DNA from: Gemmatimonadota bacterium
GTDB lineage: Bacteria; Gemmatimonadota; Gemmatimonadetes; Gemmatimonadales; Gemmatimonadaceae
DNA length: 45,160 bases
Direction: 5' to 3'
Assembly: GCA_031372565.1 (NCBI GenBank)
Contig: JANMLN010000012.1
Span: forward strand, 1-45,160
The notes below the pieces were generated by a model. That model made no database searches. It was not told where the DNA came from and worked only from the letters and a program-made list of their open reading frames with translations. The position numbers were made by a program, and so were the translations under genes. This document shows positions 44,747 through 45,160 of this stretch, one piece after another. Numbering within the stretch: position 1 is the first letter of the stretch; each line of letters begins with the position of its first letter.

Positions 44747-45160
44747 AACAGGGGCCACGGCACCACGCGGTCCGATGGCTGGTATGCCAATCGAACGCGG
44801 GGCACGCGGGGGAAGGCGGCGCCAGCAACGGCGGACGGGCCACCCACGAGGGTTGCCGCGGCGCGTTTGGTGCCGACGGAGGCCACCCGCCGGTGGGCGG
44901 CGTTCCCGCAGGAGATCTTCGAGGTGGACCCGCTGGCGTGCCCGTCCTGCCGCGGCGCGATGCGCATCGTCGCCTTCATCACCCAGACGTCGGTGATCGA
45001 CCAGATCCTCACCCACCTCCGGACCCGCGCCTCCCGTGAGGCGCACGCCGGGCCACGGAGCCCCCCGCCGGCCCCGGGTCACCCGTCCGGACCGCAGGCC
45101 GAACCGCCCGCGAGGCACACCGGCGCGGTGGCTGTCGCGCCGAAGCCCGCTCCCCGGTGC
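44747..45160 (+). pseudogene. C-terminal remnant of an IS91-like (rolling-circle Y2) transposase
   Basis: Frame after TGA 44744-44746 reads NRGHGTTRSDGWYANRTRG...TEATRRWAAFPQEIFEVDPLACPSCRGAMRIVAFITQTSVIDQILTHLR. No N-terminal HUH region or suitable start. Confidence 0.72.

Noticed and set aside
1..45160. CRISPR arrays, rRNA, prophage, integron cassettes or defence systems
   Set aside because: No regularly spaced repeats, rRNA-like sequence, phage genes or attC-like arrays seen by eye.

Overview
High-GC bacterial chromosomal segment. Gene content suggests Gemmatimonadota (inference, not verified). It is mostly metabolic and housekeeping genes: pepA (partial), icd, a glyoxylate/hydroxypyruvate reductase with an SgaA-like aminotransferase, tRNA-Leu(CAA), an oxidoreductase/DUF885/peptide-ABC/DUF885 operon, and a serA / FAD-oxidase / serB / class-V aminotransferase operon. 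It also carries an ECF sigma/anti-sigma/Spy-like module, three secreted amidohydrolases, rng-rplU-rpmA, an acyl-CoA dehydrogenase, a RecQ-like helicase, a hybrid histidine kinase, a long U32 (RlhA-like) protein and an IS91-like transposase remnant at the right end. The most interesting signal is two paralogous PEP-CTERM surface proteins 21 kb apart. Each has a single Cys and the three motifs of Cys-Gln thioester domains. Each is preceded by the same inferred regulatory layout: a shared TGCACT-N5-GTCAGTGC element, a TAAGTGCTT IHF-like site and a sigma54 promoter. A PEP-CTERM-associated CAAX-type protease is encoded divergently from the first. All calls come from motif reading by eye; no database searches were run.
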